Below, piece by piece: positions 29,055 through 37,044 of a stretch of DNA of 64,000 bases (position 1 is the first letter of the stretch; each line of letters starts with the position of its first letter). The translations under genes and the position numbers were made by a program. The notes beneath the pieces are model-generated. The model worked only from the letters and a program-made list of their open reading frames with translations. It was not told the origin of the DNA and did no database searches. The DNA is from a virus (taxonomy: Duplodnaviria > Caudoviricetes): the IMG/VR virus record IMGVR_UViG_3300020037_005233, positions 32,001-96,000 of that record, one strand, 5' to 3'.

Positions 29055-29515
29055 GCTTCGCCCACTCCTTCACCAAAACCGCTTTAAAAATGCGAGCTAC
29101 TCCAAAGAAACATGGCGGTAGCGATGGTAAGCAGAGCTACGAGTTAAAGCGAGTGGGTAACAAGTGGACATGTTCCTGCCCTGATTTCACCTACAGACGC
29201 AACCATGTTGGCGGTGGCAAGTGCAAACACATCGAGGCGCACCTACAGGGTAAGAAGCCGTGGGAAGTCTCTACAAAGAAGCCGAAGCCTTTTAAAGAGC
29301 AACTCCCTGGTGGGTTAAGCTCTGGGCATCAGCCAAGTGAGTTTGAAGCAAAGCAGCTCGCCATGGGTAAGAAGACTGAGTCTGAACACACCAGCAACAA
29401 AAACTTAACCACTGAGATCGCCATGGACCATCTTATGGAAGACCCTAAGTACTACTCCAAGCTTAAAAAAATGGAGAAGAAGTCTCACTTCGTCCGCAGG
29501 TTTATCAGAGAGTAA
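29051..29515 (+). CDS. Tagged protein: SWIM zinc finger + DUF5661-like domain
   Basis: WTCSCPDF..R....CKHI; MGKKTESEHT....EIAMDHL.EDPKYYSKL. Confidence 0.75.
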   Translation: MSFAHSFTKTALKMRATPKKHGGSDGKQSYELKRVGNKWTCSCPDFTYRRNHVGGGKCKHIEAHLQGKKPWEVSTKKPKPFKEQLPGGLSSGHQPSEFEAKQLAMGKKTESEHTSNKNLTTEIAMDHLMEDPKYYSKLKKMEKKSHFVRRFIRE

Positions 29516-29932
29516 TTAGTCTTTGCACCATGGCTTTAGGGACTTGGTACCGCCGCTATAAGGTCTAGCAAGTTTAAGGTCTAGCAGTGTCTTGGATAAT
29601 TTCTCCCCATCGATCTCCACGTCGGCCAGAATTCTAAAATACTTATCCCTACCAGGATTTCTCAAAGCTATTTGCTTAGCCGCCTTTAATTTCGCAGCTA
29701 CAACTTCTCTTGCTTTAACAGCAAGGCGTTTAGTACAGGCAGACTTGCTAGTCATCTCTGGGGTGTCCACCCCATTAACCCTAACTGTGATGCCGTGCCC
29801 TAGTATGGGATCTACAGCGGCTATATCAACGGTGATGGTGTCACCGTCATGGTTTTTGATATAGCGCACACTTTCAAAATCAGGGTAGGCCATTGCTGTG
29901 ACAGACAGTAATAAAAGCAGTGCTTCAAACAT
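29516..29932 (-). CDS. Thermonuclease (SNase) family, exported
   Basis: Signal peptide, DGDTI, VRVNGVDTPE, DKYFRILA. Confidence 0.9.
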   Translation of the reverse strand: MFEALLLLLSVTAMAYPDFESVRYIKNHDGDTITVDIAAVDPILGHGITVRVNGVDTPEMTSKSACTKRLAVKAREVVAAKLKAAKQIALRNPGRDKYFRILADVEIDGEKLSKTLLDLKLARPYSGGTKSLKPWCKD

Positions 29933-30692
29933 TGTTTAGTATCCTCTTTGAGTTCTCTCTGATGTAGCGTTCTTTTGAAAGCCACTTATCTCTGCGTTCT
30001 GAATCAAATACAACAGCGTTTTGTGGAACAAATAGCATAGGCAATGGATCCACCACCTGCTGATAATTATTATGGTATCCGTAGAGCCACAGCTTATTTT
30101 GAAGGTAAATGGGTAGAGATCCTAGCTCATCTAATCCAGGTCCATCCCCTGACCCCGTAGAGCACTGATGTAAAATGATCTCAGACTGCATTTCTTTGAA
30201 AAGCCAGTCTTCATTGAGTGTGCAATTACCTGAGATAAACACCCCTGAGTTTGGAAGCCTAAGCCCGTAGCTCATTTCATCAGATGGATGGGGTACCAAG
30301 ACAAGTTCCTCGTCATGGTGTTGATCTTTTATTGTGATTTTAAGTGTCGCTCTCAGGTTAAAGGAATCAGATAACCTGATCCCGTAGTAGTCAGCGAAAT
30401 GTTCGTTTACAGCAGAGAGTACCCGCTGAGGTGCCACTAAATATGGCAATGTACTTTGCTTTTCAAATATCTGGCACAGCTCCTCGATGCCTGCGGTCTG
30501 GTTACTGCCCGTATCAAGCAAGATCAGCATGTCTAAGTCTTTAATGGATTTCCCCAGTGCCTCTAGCCTAGCCGGCGCCTGCGCAGGCGCGCCAATGAGC
30601 GCGAAGCAGTCAGGTGCTTCTATAGCAAAGCAGGCTGGTATTAGGGGGTGCCTGCAGAATTTGGAGCCTGTTCCTAGTGTTCTTAGTTTCAT
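29925..30692 (-). CDS. Metallo-beta-lactamase-fold protein (Apyc1/RNase Z-like), metal ligands lost
   Basis: LGTGSKF, GIEEL, SYGL, FISGNC, ILHQC, WLYGY; HxHxDH replaced by DTGSNQ. Confidence 0.65.
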   Translation of the reverse strand: MKLRTLGTGSKFCRHPLIPACFAIEAPDCFALIGAPAQAPARLEALGKSIKDLDMLILLDTGSNQTAGIEELCQIFEKQSTLPYLVAPQRVLSAVNEHFADYYGIRLSDSFNLRATLKITIKDQHHDEELVLVPHPSDEMSYGLRLPNSGVFISGNCTLNEDWLFKEMQSEIILHQCSTGSGDGPGLDELGSLPIYLQNKLWLYGYHNNYQQVVDPLPMLFVPQNAVVFDSERRDKWLSKERYIRENSKRILNNV

Positions 30693-30693
30693 C

Positions 30694-31194
30694 TCAAGCT
30701 CGCATGCAGACTTCAGTTACCTTGACCATTATGTTAGGAATCACTGTCTCTGCTATTTTATCTCTATCCAGATTCCATGCAGTGGCACCACCTCGGATGA
30801 GGAAACTTGTGGCTTTAATCTGCCAGTCGTCTTGGGGTTTATAAATGTCCACCTGCACATCGTAGGGTATCAACTTATTGAGCTCGGTAATGCAGTGGTA
30901 AAGAGCCTGCTTATAAAGTGGTTCTTTTAGTAAATTCTTCTTCGCGTGGATTGGAGTGACATGGATCACGTAGTCGTCCCCCACAATCCCGTATTCTAGT
31001 TGCACCACCTTGTTGTCTACCTTTATAAACGTCTCAACGGTCGCGGTCATGGGAGACATATCAAATTTACCTGTCTGAACCACCCCAGTATCAGCCAACA
31101 CATTGAAGAACGTGTCTCCGTGTTCTTCCCAACTGGCCTTCGTGTCTTCAGTAGCTTCTGGGTCTTCCTCGAAAAAGAATTTATCTTTACTCAT
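30694..31194 (-). CDS. Hypothetical protein
   Basis: Coupled ORF. Confidence 0.65.
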   Translation of the reverse strand: MSKDKFFFEEDPEATEDTKASWEEHGDTFFNVLADTGVVQTGKFDMSPMTATVETFIKVDNKVVQLEYGIVGDDYVIHVTPIHAKKNLLKEPLYKQALYHCITELNKLIPYDVQVDIYKPQDDWQIKATSFLIRGGATAWNLDRDKIAETVIPNIMVKVTEVCMRA

Positions 31195-31613
31195 GCTTTT
31201 ATGACCTCCAAAAACTTCTTAATGTCCCACTTACCACCATCTAGTTTGTATATTCTAGGAGCACGCTTAATCTCTTCCACAGTGTAATTAATCTTAACGT
31301 CATCACCCGTGAACGCAACAGCAACCCCGTCAAAACCAATAAGAAGTACGCCTAAAGCCCCTACACCACTAACCCTCTTTAAAAATCCGTGCTGTAACTC
31401 AGACAGCTCGTGTGTAAGGACTTTGCTGCTATCCCTTGCAGGAAGTTTTGATACAAACTTAGCCTCTATAGAAATGTGGCGCCCCTTGTACACGGCAGCC
31501 ATATCAGGGACACCTGATTGAAACATATCATTCTGTGGCCAGATCATGAAGTCGCTTAGGTTAGCGCCAGACTTCCTAAATTCTAGTTTAAACGCAGACT
31601 CATTAGTAGCCAC
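31191..31613 (-). CDS. Holliday junction resolvase / VRR-NUC-like PD-(D/E)XK nuclease
   Basis: E..F, GVPD, IEAK, LSELQ..FL. Confidence 0.8.
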   Translation of the reverse strand: MATNESAFKLEFRKSGANLSDFMIWPQNDMFQSGVPDMAAVYKGRHISIEAKFVSKLPARDSSKVLTHELSELQHGFLKRVSGVGALGVLLIGFDGVAVAFTGDDVKINYTVEEIKRAPRIYKLDGGKWDIKKFLEVIKA

Positions 31614-31615
31614 GG

Positions 31616-31930
31616 TTAATCCGCTGGTTGTAGCGACAAGAGCCTGACTCTCATGCGTTCTACACCATTAAGGTCATCCACTCTTAAGTATCCTGTGAGC
31701 TAATACCGTTCGCCCCTAAGAACCGTTTTATGAAAGCTCTCGGCATTGCGCCCCAGCACTTCTACAGGAATCTCGTTGTCATGTTGTGACTGCACACCCG
31801 CTGCGTTTACGAATTTCTCGACTGTAGACACGGTAAAAAGCAGCATGTGCTTGTTGCCACGAATGGGTATTAAGGTAGGGGTAGAAATCACAGTCCCGGT
31901 TAGGACAGATAAATTAACATCGCGTGCCAT
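31616..31930 (-). CDS. ssb: Single-stranded DNA-binding protein with in-frame TAG at 31700-31702
   Basis: VN.SVLTG..., EVLGRNAE..., LRGERY*LTGYLRV continues the OB fold to TAA at 31616. Confidence 0.75.
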
Positions 31931-31932
31931 GG

Positions 31933-31974
31933 TGTAGTGTATCTCCTGCCTGTTACAGCAAGAGATACACTACA
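31933..31974 (-). promoter_or_regulatory. Hairpin covering the ssb SD
   Basis: TGTAGTGTATCTC/GAGATACACTACA, 13 bp plus 4 bp with a G-U pair. Confidence 0.7.
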
Positions 31975-31978
31975 TGAC

Positions 31979-33256
31979 TTAGTGATTAGATGGCAATAGC
32001 TTAACTCTGGCATCAGTGAGAGCCCTAATTCTAGCATGAGCTCCTAGATGGTGCTTACATACATCCACTGCAGGGCACTTGGACTTACCACACTTAACGT
32101 AGTGAGGTGCTTTGTTAATAGCCATGGCAAGACACCTCTGACAGGCAAATGCATGAACAGGCGGGTACGTCTCTTGAAACGTCCTGCAGCTTTGTTTGTA
32201 GTGTCTGTCACGAGATGGCGCCTGTATTTCAAGCTCTAGAGTCTCCCCACATCCACAGTAAGGGTGTTTGAGAGCTGTGACATTAACTAGCTTGGTACAG
32301 TGTAAAGTCTCTCTGCAGCACTCACATGTACCAGGTACCACCTTTATCGCCTCCACAGTCCTTAGTGTGACGATATCCCAGCCATCCACAATAGCGGTCC
32401 CACCAGAATCCTTGGCTATGATGATCTTATCTCTCTCCAGATCCACATCAAGCACCACTCCATATATAGGATGGACATCGATTAGGAATGGAAGAGCAGA
32501 CGGAGACTTAAGCCAAGTCATTACTGCTAACGCGGTCGCATACCACACACATAACTCGCGTTCCATAGCGTATGGGGTGATTGGAGTTACAGTGCTGTCT
32601 TCGTGCTCACTAACTGCGTTTTGTAGCCACGAATCCACCTCATCTAGTAGGTAACTAGGTATTCCATATACTGTGTGGGCTACCATATTAAGTATATCTG
32701 CTACAGTTATCGGTCTGTTCTCTGTCGCATGGTTTACTAGTTGTCCGCTAACCACAGCCTGTACTTGTGGGCTCTGTAATAGATCCCTTACCGTAACATA
32801 GGGAGCAAATCCCCACCCGCTTGCAACCCTAAAAACCTCAACAGCACTAGGATCTAGTGTACTGCCTGTTCTGCGGTTTTTATACGTGTACATGATGTTG
32901 CCACCCTGAACCAGCTGCACCGGTGAATCTACGAATAAGAAATAAGGCTCGCTATAATCTAGGTAGTTAAACACATGATGTATAACTGTATCCATACCAA
33001 AGAAGTCTGATTCTGGTAGCCCTAGCTTAGATAAGAACTCGTCGCAGAAAGTTACTAATCCCTGTGGGATTCTGCCAACAACCTCAAATGTGCCATGCCC
33101 CCAGCCCTCTAAAGTGGCTTCTATCAGCGGGTTATTGTCTCGCTGAAACTTAAGCTCGGCGTTTTCAAAAAAGTGGTCGTTAACATTCCACAAAGTATTG
33201 TTTACTTTGTTTACTGGCCTAACCCATTCAGAATATTGTTGTGTGCTATTGAACAT
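31979..33256 (-). CDS. Hypothetical protein with Cys-rich C-terminus
   Basis: 425 aa, GGAGG SD, multiple CxxC. Confidence 0.7.
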   Translation of the reverse strand: MFNSTQQYSEWVRPVNKVNNTLWNVNDHFFENAELKFQRDNNPLIEATLEGWGHGTFEVVGRIPQGLVTFCDEFLSKLGLPESDFFGMDTVIHHVFNYLDYSEPYFLFVDSPVQLVQGGNIMYTYKNRRTGSTLDPSAVEVFRVASGWGFAPYVTVRDLLQSPQVQAVVSGQLVNHATENRPITVADILNMVAHTVYGIPSYLLDEVDSWLQNAVSEHEDSTVTPITPYAMERELCVWYATALAVMTWLKSPSALPFLIDVHPIYGVVLDVDLERDKIIIAKDSGGTAIVDGWDIVTLRTVEAIKVVPGTCECCRETLHCTKLVNVTALKHPYCGCGETLELEIQAPSRDRHYKQSCRTFQETYPPVHAFACQRCLAMAINKAPHYVKCGKSKCPAVDVCKHHLGAHARIRALTDARVKLLPSNH

Positions 33257-33276
33257 GTGAAAGTTCCTCCGTTATG

Positions 33277-33305
33277 CTTATAACAAGAAACTTTCATTTT
33301 TTGCC
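33277..33305 (-). promoter_or_regulatory. Phage promoter copy 5
   Basis: GGCAAA-N17-TATAAG. Confidence 0.75.
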
Positions 33306-33315
33306 TTTATATAGG

Positions 33316-33783
33316 CTACTTTTTTCGCTTCTGCTGTGGCTCTGGTTTTAGAGATTCTACCGCAAGCTCACCAACAACAGTCTGTGGCAGTACATTTGTT
33401 GTGTCTACTGCGCCTACCATCTTCGATGGGTTGGTGCCCACCTGAGAAAAGCTAGCTTCTGTCACCGCGATATCAGGCATGCCTACAGAATCCTTTGTAT
33501 GTTTGTATTCAACTGAGAACTGACTAAGTCTAGGGATACTAAATTTATCTGTAGCTACTGTAGTAGTCCCTACCATAGCGGTGCCGGAGGCAATTGCTTC
33601 CCAATTTCCGTCTGGATGTTTTGTAAAGGTACAGTTCTCAATTTTGATTGTGTTCTTAAGTGCCCAGAACACGGTATCTGAAGTATTCTTAGTTTTAATC
33701 GCGTACATTACCGCTACTGCAGCGGCTTCGTTGGGTTCAAAGGCAATGGCATGTCCTGTTTTTGAAACTGATTTAATTAGCAT
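33316..33783 (-). CDS. Hypothetical protein
   Basis: ORF. Confidence 0.6.
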   Translation of the reverse strand: MLIKSVSKTGHAIAFEPNEAAAVAVMYAIKTKNTSDTVFWALKNTIKIENCTFTKHPDGNWEAIASGTAMVGTTTVATDKFSIPRLSQFSVEYKHTKDSVGMPDIAVTEASFSQVGTNPSKMVGAVDTTNVLPQTVVGELAVESLKPEPQQKRKK

Positions 33784-34171
33784 TGAATTTAGCCTTTCGT
33801 TTAGCTGTTTCTAATTTTGTTTGGGTATCTACTGCACGCTGATATTCTTTTGTGTAGACTGACTTCCCCATGTCCTCTGACTTTGCCTTGGCTTGTGAGG
33901 CTGGGGTATTCCCTGCCATATGCTCGTAGCGCTCTCTGGTTGCAGACCTGATCGCCACTTTACCGTTGCCTAGGTTATAGCGGTAGCCGATACGGCCGTT
34001 ATTATCGAACCTGATCCTGATCGTAGAGTTAAGTTTGTCCGGTGTAAACCCTACATAGACGGCTCCATCAAGTGTTTCGGGGCGGTCCTCAAACTTACCT
34101 TCCCAGTACTCCTCGGTCCCGTCTGGGTGCCTATAAATGCAAACAGTGGTTCTTTCGTCTAGCCAACTCAT
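33773..34171 (-). CDS. Hypothetical protein
   Basis: ORF; probable start MSWLDE. Confidence 0.6.
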   Translation of the reverse strand: MSWLDERTTVCIYRHPDGTEEYWEGKFEDRPETLDGAVYVGFTPDKLNSTIRIRFDNNGRIGYRYNLGNGKVAIRSATRERYEHMAGNTPASQAKAKSEDMGKSVYTKEYQRAVDTQTKLETAKRKAKFNAN

Positions 34172-34221
34172 ATTGTGTGTCCCTACTTCTACGCTGCCAC
34201 ACATTACTGTACAATTCAAGT

Positions 34222-34458
34222 ATGAGCTACCAATACGACGGCTACGGTCCTTCCCCGAGTCCTAGAACAATTGGTGTGGTTAGGGTGAGATACCTGAAAG
34301 AGTATAAAAACCTACCAGATGGGGCTGTGGTCAGGCCTATTAAAAAGTGCTACCTGCCGGCACACTGGGACATTGAGTATGACGAGGAAACATACATTGC
34401 AGTCTACACCCAGCACGGCATGATAGGCCTCGTGCTGTGCAACGAACTCAGGTGGTAA
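34222..34458 (+). CDS. Hypothetical protein, isolated plus-strand gene
   Basis: ATG 6 nt after TACAAT (near-leaderless). Confidence 0.55.
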   Translation: MSYQYDGYGPSPSPRTIGVVRVRYLKEYKNLPDGAVVRPIKKCYLPAHWDIEYDEETYIAVYTQHGMIGLVLCNELRW

Positions 34459-34743
34459 TCACTTGACCTTGGAGTAGCGTGTCCACCGCATAACCTGGCG
34501 CATAAGGATGCTTCTGCGCTCATTTAATTTATCAAGATCGTGCTGAAAGATATCGAGATGGTGCTTGATACACTCTTCTTTTGTAGGCCAAGTTTCTTCA
34601 GCAACAGGCTCGACCCTATCAAACTGGTTGACTCTGAACCAAGATTCTTCAAAACGTAAAACATATCTGCCTTTTACAGGCCCTTTGGCAGGGTGGCGGA
34701 ACCATCGCTCCACCACCTCTGCCTTATCCGCTATAGACTTCAT
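34459..34743 (-). CDS. Hypothetical protein
   Basis: GGAGG SD; overlaps nuclease stop. Confidence 0.6.
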   Translation of the reverse strand: MKSIADKAEVVERWFRHPAKGPVKGRYVLRFEESWFRVNQFDRVEPVAEETWPTKEECIKHHLDIFQHDLDKLNERRSILMRQVMRWTRYSKVK

Positions 34744-36092
34744 CTTTTATAACCTCCGAAACGTGTGCCACGATCTTTAACAATGTATGATTTTAGCATT
34801 TCCATCAGGTCCGGCTTGTCCAGTTTCCACAGCTGCTTTAGCTTATCCTTGTGCCACTCCTTGAACTTATCTGGTTCAATTCTGTAGTGCCTGAGTACGT
34901 CCTGTAGAGATCCTAGTTTAGCCATGAGTTCTAGTTTAGTCTTCTCCTGCTCAGACTCAAACCTGCCGTCACTAAGCCTCACTTTAGCTGCATCAGACAT
35001 CTCCGCTACCTTAACATCAGTAAGCTTCCAATCCACAGACTCTTCACCAAGCTTGAACCCATACCACATGCCTTCAATAGCAACTCCGCCTTGTGGCGCC
35101 AGCTTCTCAATACCCTGTTTAAGCGACTTATTGAGCTCGTCATACAACGCACCTACAGTCCGTAGTTGCTTTGCCACACGCTCTAAATCTGAGAACACGG
35201 TTACGTTTAGATCCACAGACCCTCGCGCACGCTGCTCCATTAATTTTAGATTCTCTGGGCATGCTTGTACCATGTGACAGTAATCACATGCGCCACCAGG
35301 GATTGCCGGGAAATCCTCGAAGTGCTCGATGCTAGCAATTCTTGTTCTGATGTATTCCCCTATATCTTTAAGATCATCCTGATCCCAGTAAGTAGGCGTG
35401 CTGTAGAATGCAAGATCAGGGTGAGCGTAATGAATCACGGTTCTCATTGTCCAACCGGGATAAAACTGAGACACAAGCCACGCATACGCTCCTACCTGGA
35501 AGTTGTGATCCTCGTTCTTAGATGCATTAGGTGTGCTCTTATGATCCACGATAGTGATGATATTGGAGTCAGCGTCAAAATTGATCTGATCAAGCCTGCC
35601 TCCAAAATAAGCTGCCTTGTTAGGTCTACCGTCTTCGTCCACATATGAGGTTGCGACAAAGGTCTGATTAGGTACCACGTCATCAAGCAATGACTCCTCG
35701 ATACAAAGCGACACCGCATACGCCTGCTCGCACAAGGTATCTTTGTTCATGTACGGGGATGGTTTTGCAATGTAGGCTGCAGCTGCTCCGTGAATCATGT
35801 CGGACTGCTGGTAGGCTGCTGGGAACTTACCAACGGCCTCAGCCACCCATAAATCCACCTCAGAAGGCATGATAGCCTTGCCAGCAATCGTACGCATGGT
35901 GATCTTGCTTAGGACCTCGTGGATTGCGGACCCTCTCGAGGCAGCAAGCGTGTGGCTTACCACCTGATCCTGACGCACATACTGCCCGTAGAATCTCTGT
36001 GGGCACTTAGCAGCAATAAGCCTGCTGGGGGAGTAAGGCCCAAACTTCATCATTCGTCTGTCGTAACCCTGTGGTACCGTTTCTGTAAGCAT
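34740..36092 (-). CDS. PD-(D/E)XK Cas4/RecB-like exonuclease with Fe-S Cys ligands
   Basis: YSPSRL...CP, RGSAIH, GRLDQI, IVDHKS, QVGAY, CDYC.....CP. Confidence 0.85.
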   Translation of the reverse strand: MLTETVPQGYDRRMMKFGPYSPSRLIAAKCPQRFYGQYVRQDQVVSHTLAASRGSAIHEVLSKITMRTIAGKAIMPSEVDLWVAEAVGKFPAAYQQSDMIHGAAAAYIAKPSPYMNKDTLCEQAYAVSLCIEESLLDDVVPNQTFVATSYVDEDGRPNKAAYFGGRLDQINFDADSNIITIVDHKSTPNASKNEDHNFQVGAYAWLVSQFYPGWTMRTVIHYAHPDLAFYSTPTYWDQDDLKDIGEYIRTRIASIEHFEDFPAIPGGACDYCHMVQACPENLKLMEQRARGSVDLNVTVFSDLERVAKQLRTVGALYDELNKSLKQGIEKLAPQGGVAIEGMWYGFKLGEESVDWKLTDVKVAEMSDAAKVRLSDGRFESEQEKTKLELMAKLGSLQDVLRHYRIEPDKFKEWHKDKLKQLWKLDKPDLMEMLKSYIVKDRGTRFGGYKR

Positions 36093-36142
36093 AATGTGTC
36101 TCCGTAAAATATTACGGGAAGCTGTCAAAGCCTCCCGTAATC

Positions 36143-36171
36143 CTTATAACCTAAAAAGAAGCTATTTTGCT
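36143..36171 (-). promoter_or_regulatory. Phage promoter copy 6
   Basis: AGCAAA-N17-TATAAG. Confidence 0.65.
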
Positions 36172-36176
36172 GCGGC

Positions 36177-36386
36177 CTAGTCTTCGTCAGATTCGCTGTA
36201 TGAACCGTAGCTGTCTTCTTCATCAGACGCCTCGGCTTCGTTAAATTGATCAACTAGGTCGACTAACTCATCGTCTTCGCTGTCTTCAAATAATTCTGTG
36301 TCTGCGGTTAGATCCTCGACACTCTCGTCTGACTTGTTCATAATCGCTTCCGCAGCATCTTCAAGGCTTCGTTCACGTGGACTCAT
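36177..36386 (-). CDS. Highly acidic small protein
   Basis: Asp/Glu-rich 69 aa. Confidence 0.6.
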   Translation of the reverse strand: MSPRERSLEDAAEAIMNKSDESVEDLTADTELFEDSEDDELVDLVDQFNEAEASDEEDSYGSYSESDED

Positions 36387-36599
36387 TTAATCTCCCTCGG
36401 ATAACATTTTCTGACATCTTGTTATAAAAACTTCGAGGATTTTCTTTCTCGCGTCAACACCTAAAGCGCCAAGGACAAGGAAGTCACCCTCACCAGCCAC
36501 TTGATTCATCGCGTTAGTAATAGCCTGGGCCGCGTGTGCCTCGATGCAGGCTTCCACCTGTGCAAGCATGACGTCGATAGGAGGGAGGTCGTTGTCCAT
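36387..36599 (-). CDS. Hypothetical protein
   Basis: Coupled ORF. Confidence 0.55.
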   Translation of the reverse strand: MDNDLPPIDVMLAQVEACIEAHAAQAITNAMNQVAGEGDFLVLGALGVDARKKILEVFITRCQKMLSEGD

Positions 36600-36600
36600 A

Positions 36601-36990
36601 TCAGGCCTTGGTGCTACTGATCCTGATCACACGGTCGCCTACTACAGTGCTTAGGATTGTGGTAGATGTCAGAGATACACCGAAAACTTCTTTGTTCTCG
36701 GTGATGACAGACACGTCAGCGGGCCTGATGTTCTTAACCACTGTAAGTAGTTCTGTCGCCGGATCCACTGTGTCCAGGGCGGCCGACAACGCCTTGCCCG
36801 CTGCCTCGGCATGAGCCAAGAGGTCTGCGCCAGGAGTTTTAATCTCGGCATAACCATCCAAAAACAGGGCCTTTGCCTTGTCTGTGTACATCCACTTAAA
36901 ATTAGCAGCCTTCTTGTGTCTTGAGCACGCGTCGTTGTACTTGGTGTTAAACTCATCAATAATCGTTTGAAGTTCTTGTGGGTAGTCCAT
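36601..36990 (-). CDS. Hypothetical protein
   Basis: AGGA SD. Confidence 0.6.
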   Translation of the reverse strand: MDYPQELQTIIDEFNTKYNDACSRHKKAANFKWMYTDKAKALFLDGYAEIKTPGADLLAHAEAAGKALSAALDTVDPATELLTVVKNIRPADVSVITENKEVFGVSLTSTTILSTVVGDRVIRISSTKA

Positions 36991-37044
36991 GTGTTTCCTA
37001 ATAGTTAAAATGGAGCGAACACCTCACGGCGCCCACCCCATTAG

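Noticed and set aside
10938-29515. Extracellular contractile injection system or tailocin
   Set aside because: Head genes and a phage replication module are present
34740-36092. Cas4-like gene as evidence of a CRISPR-Cas system
   Set aside because: No array or other cas genes; solo Cas4-like exonucleases are common in phage recombination modules
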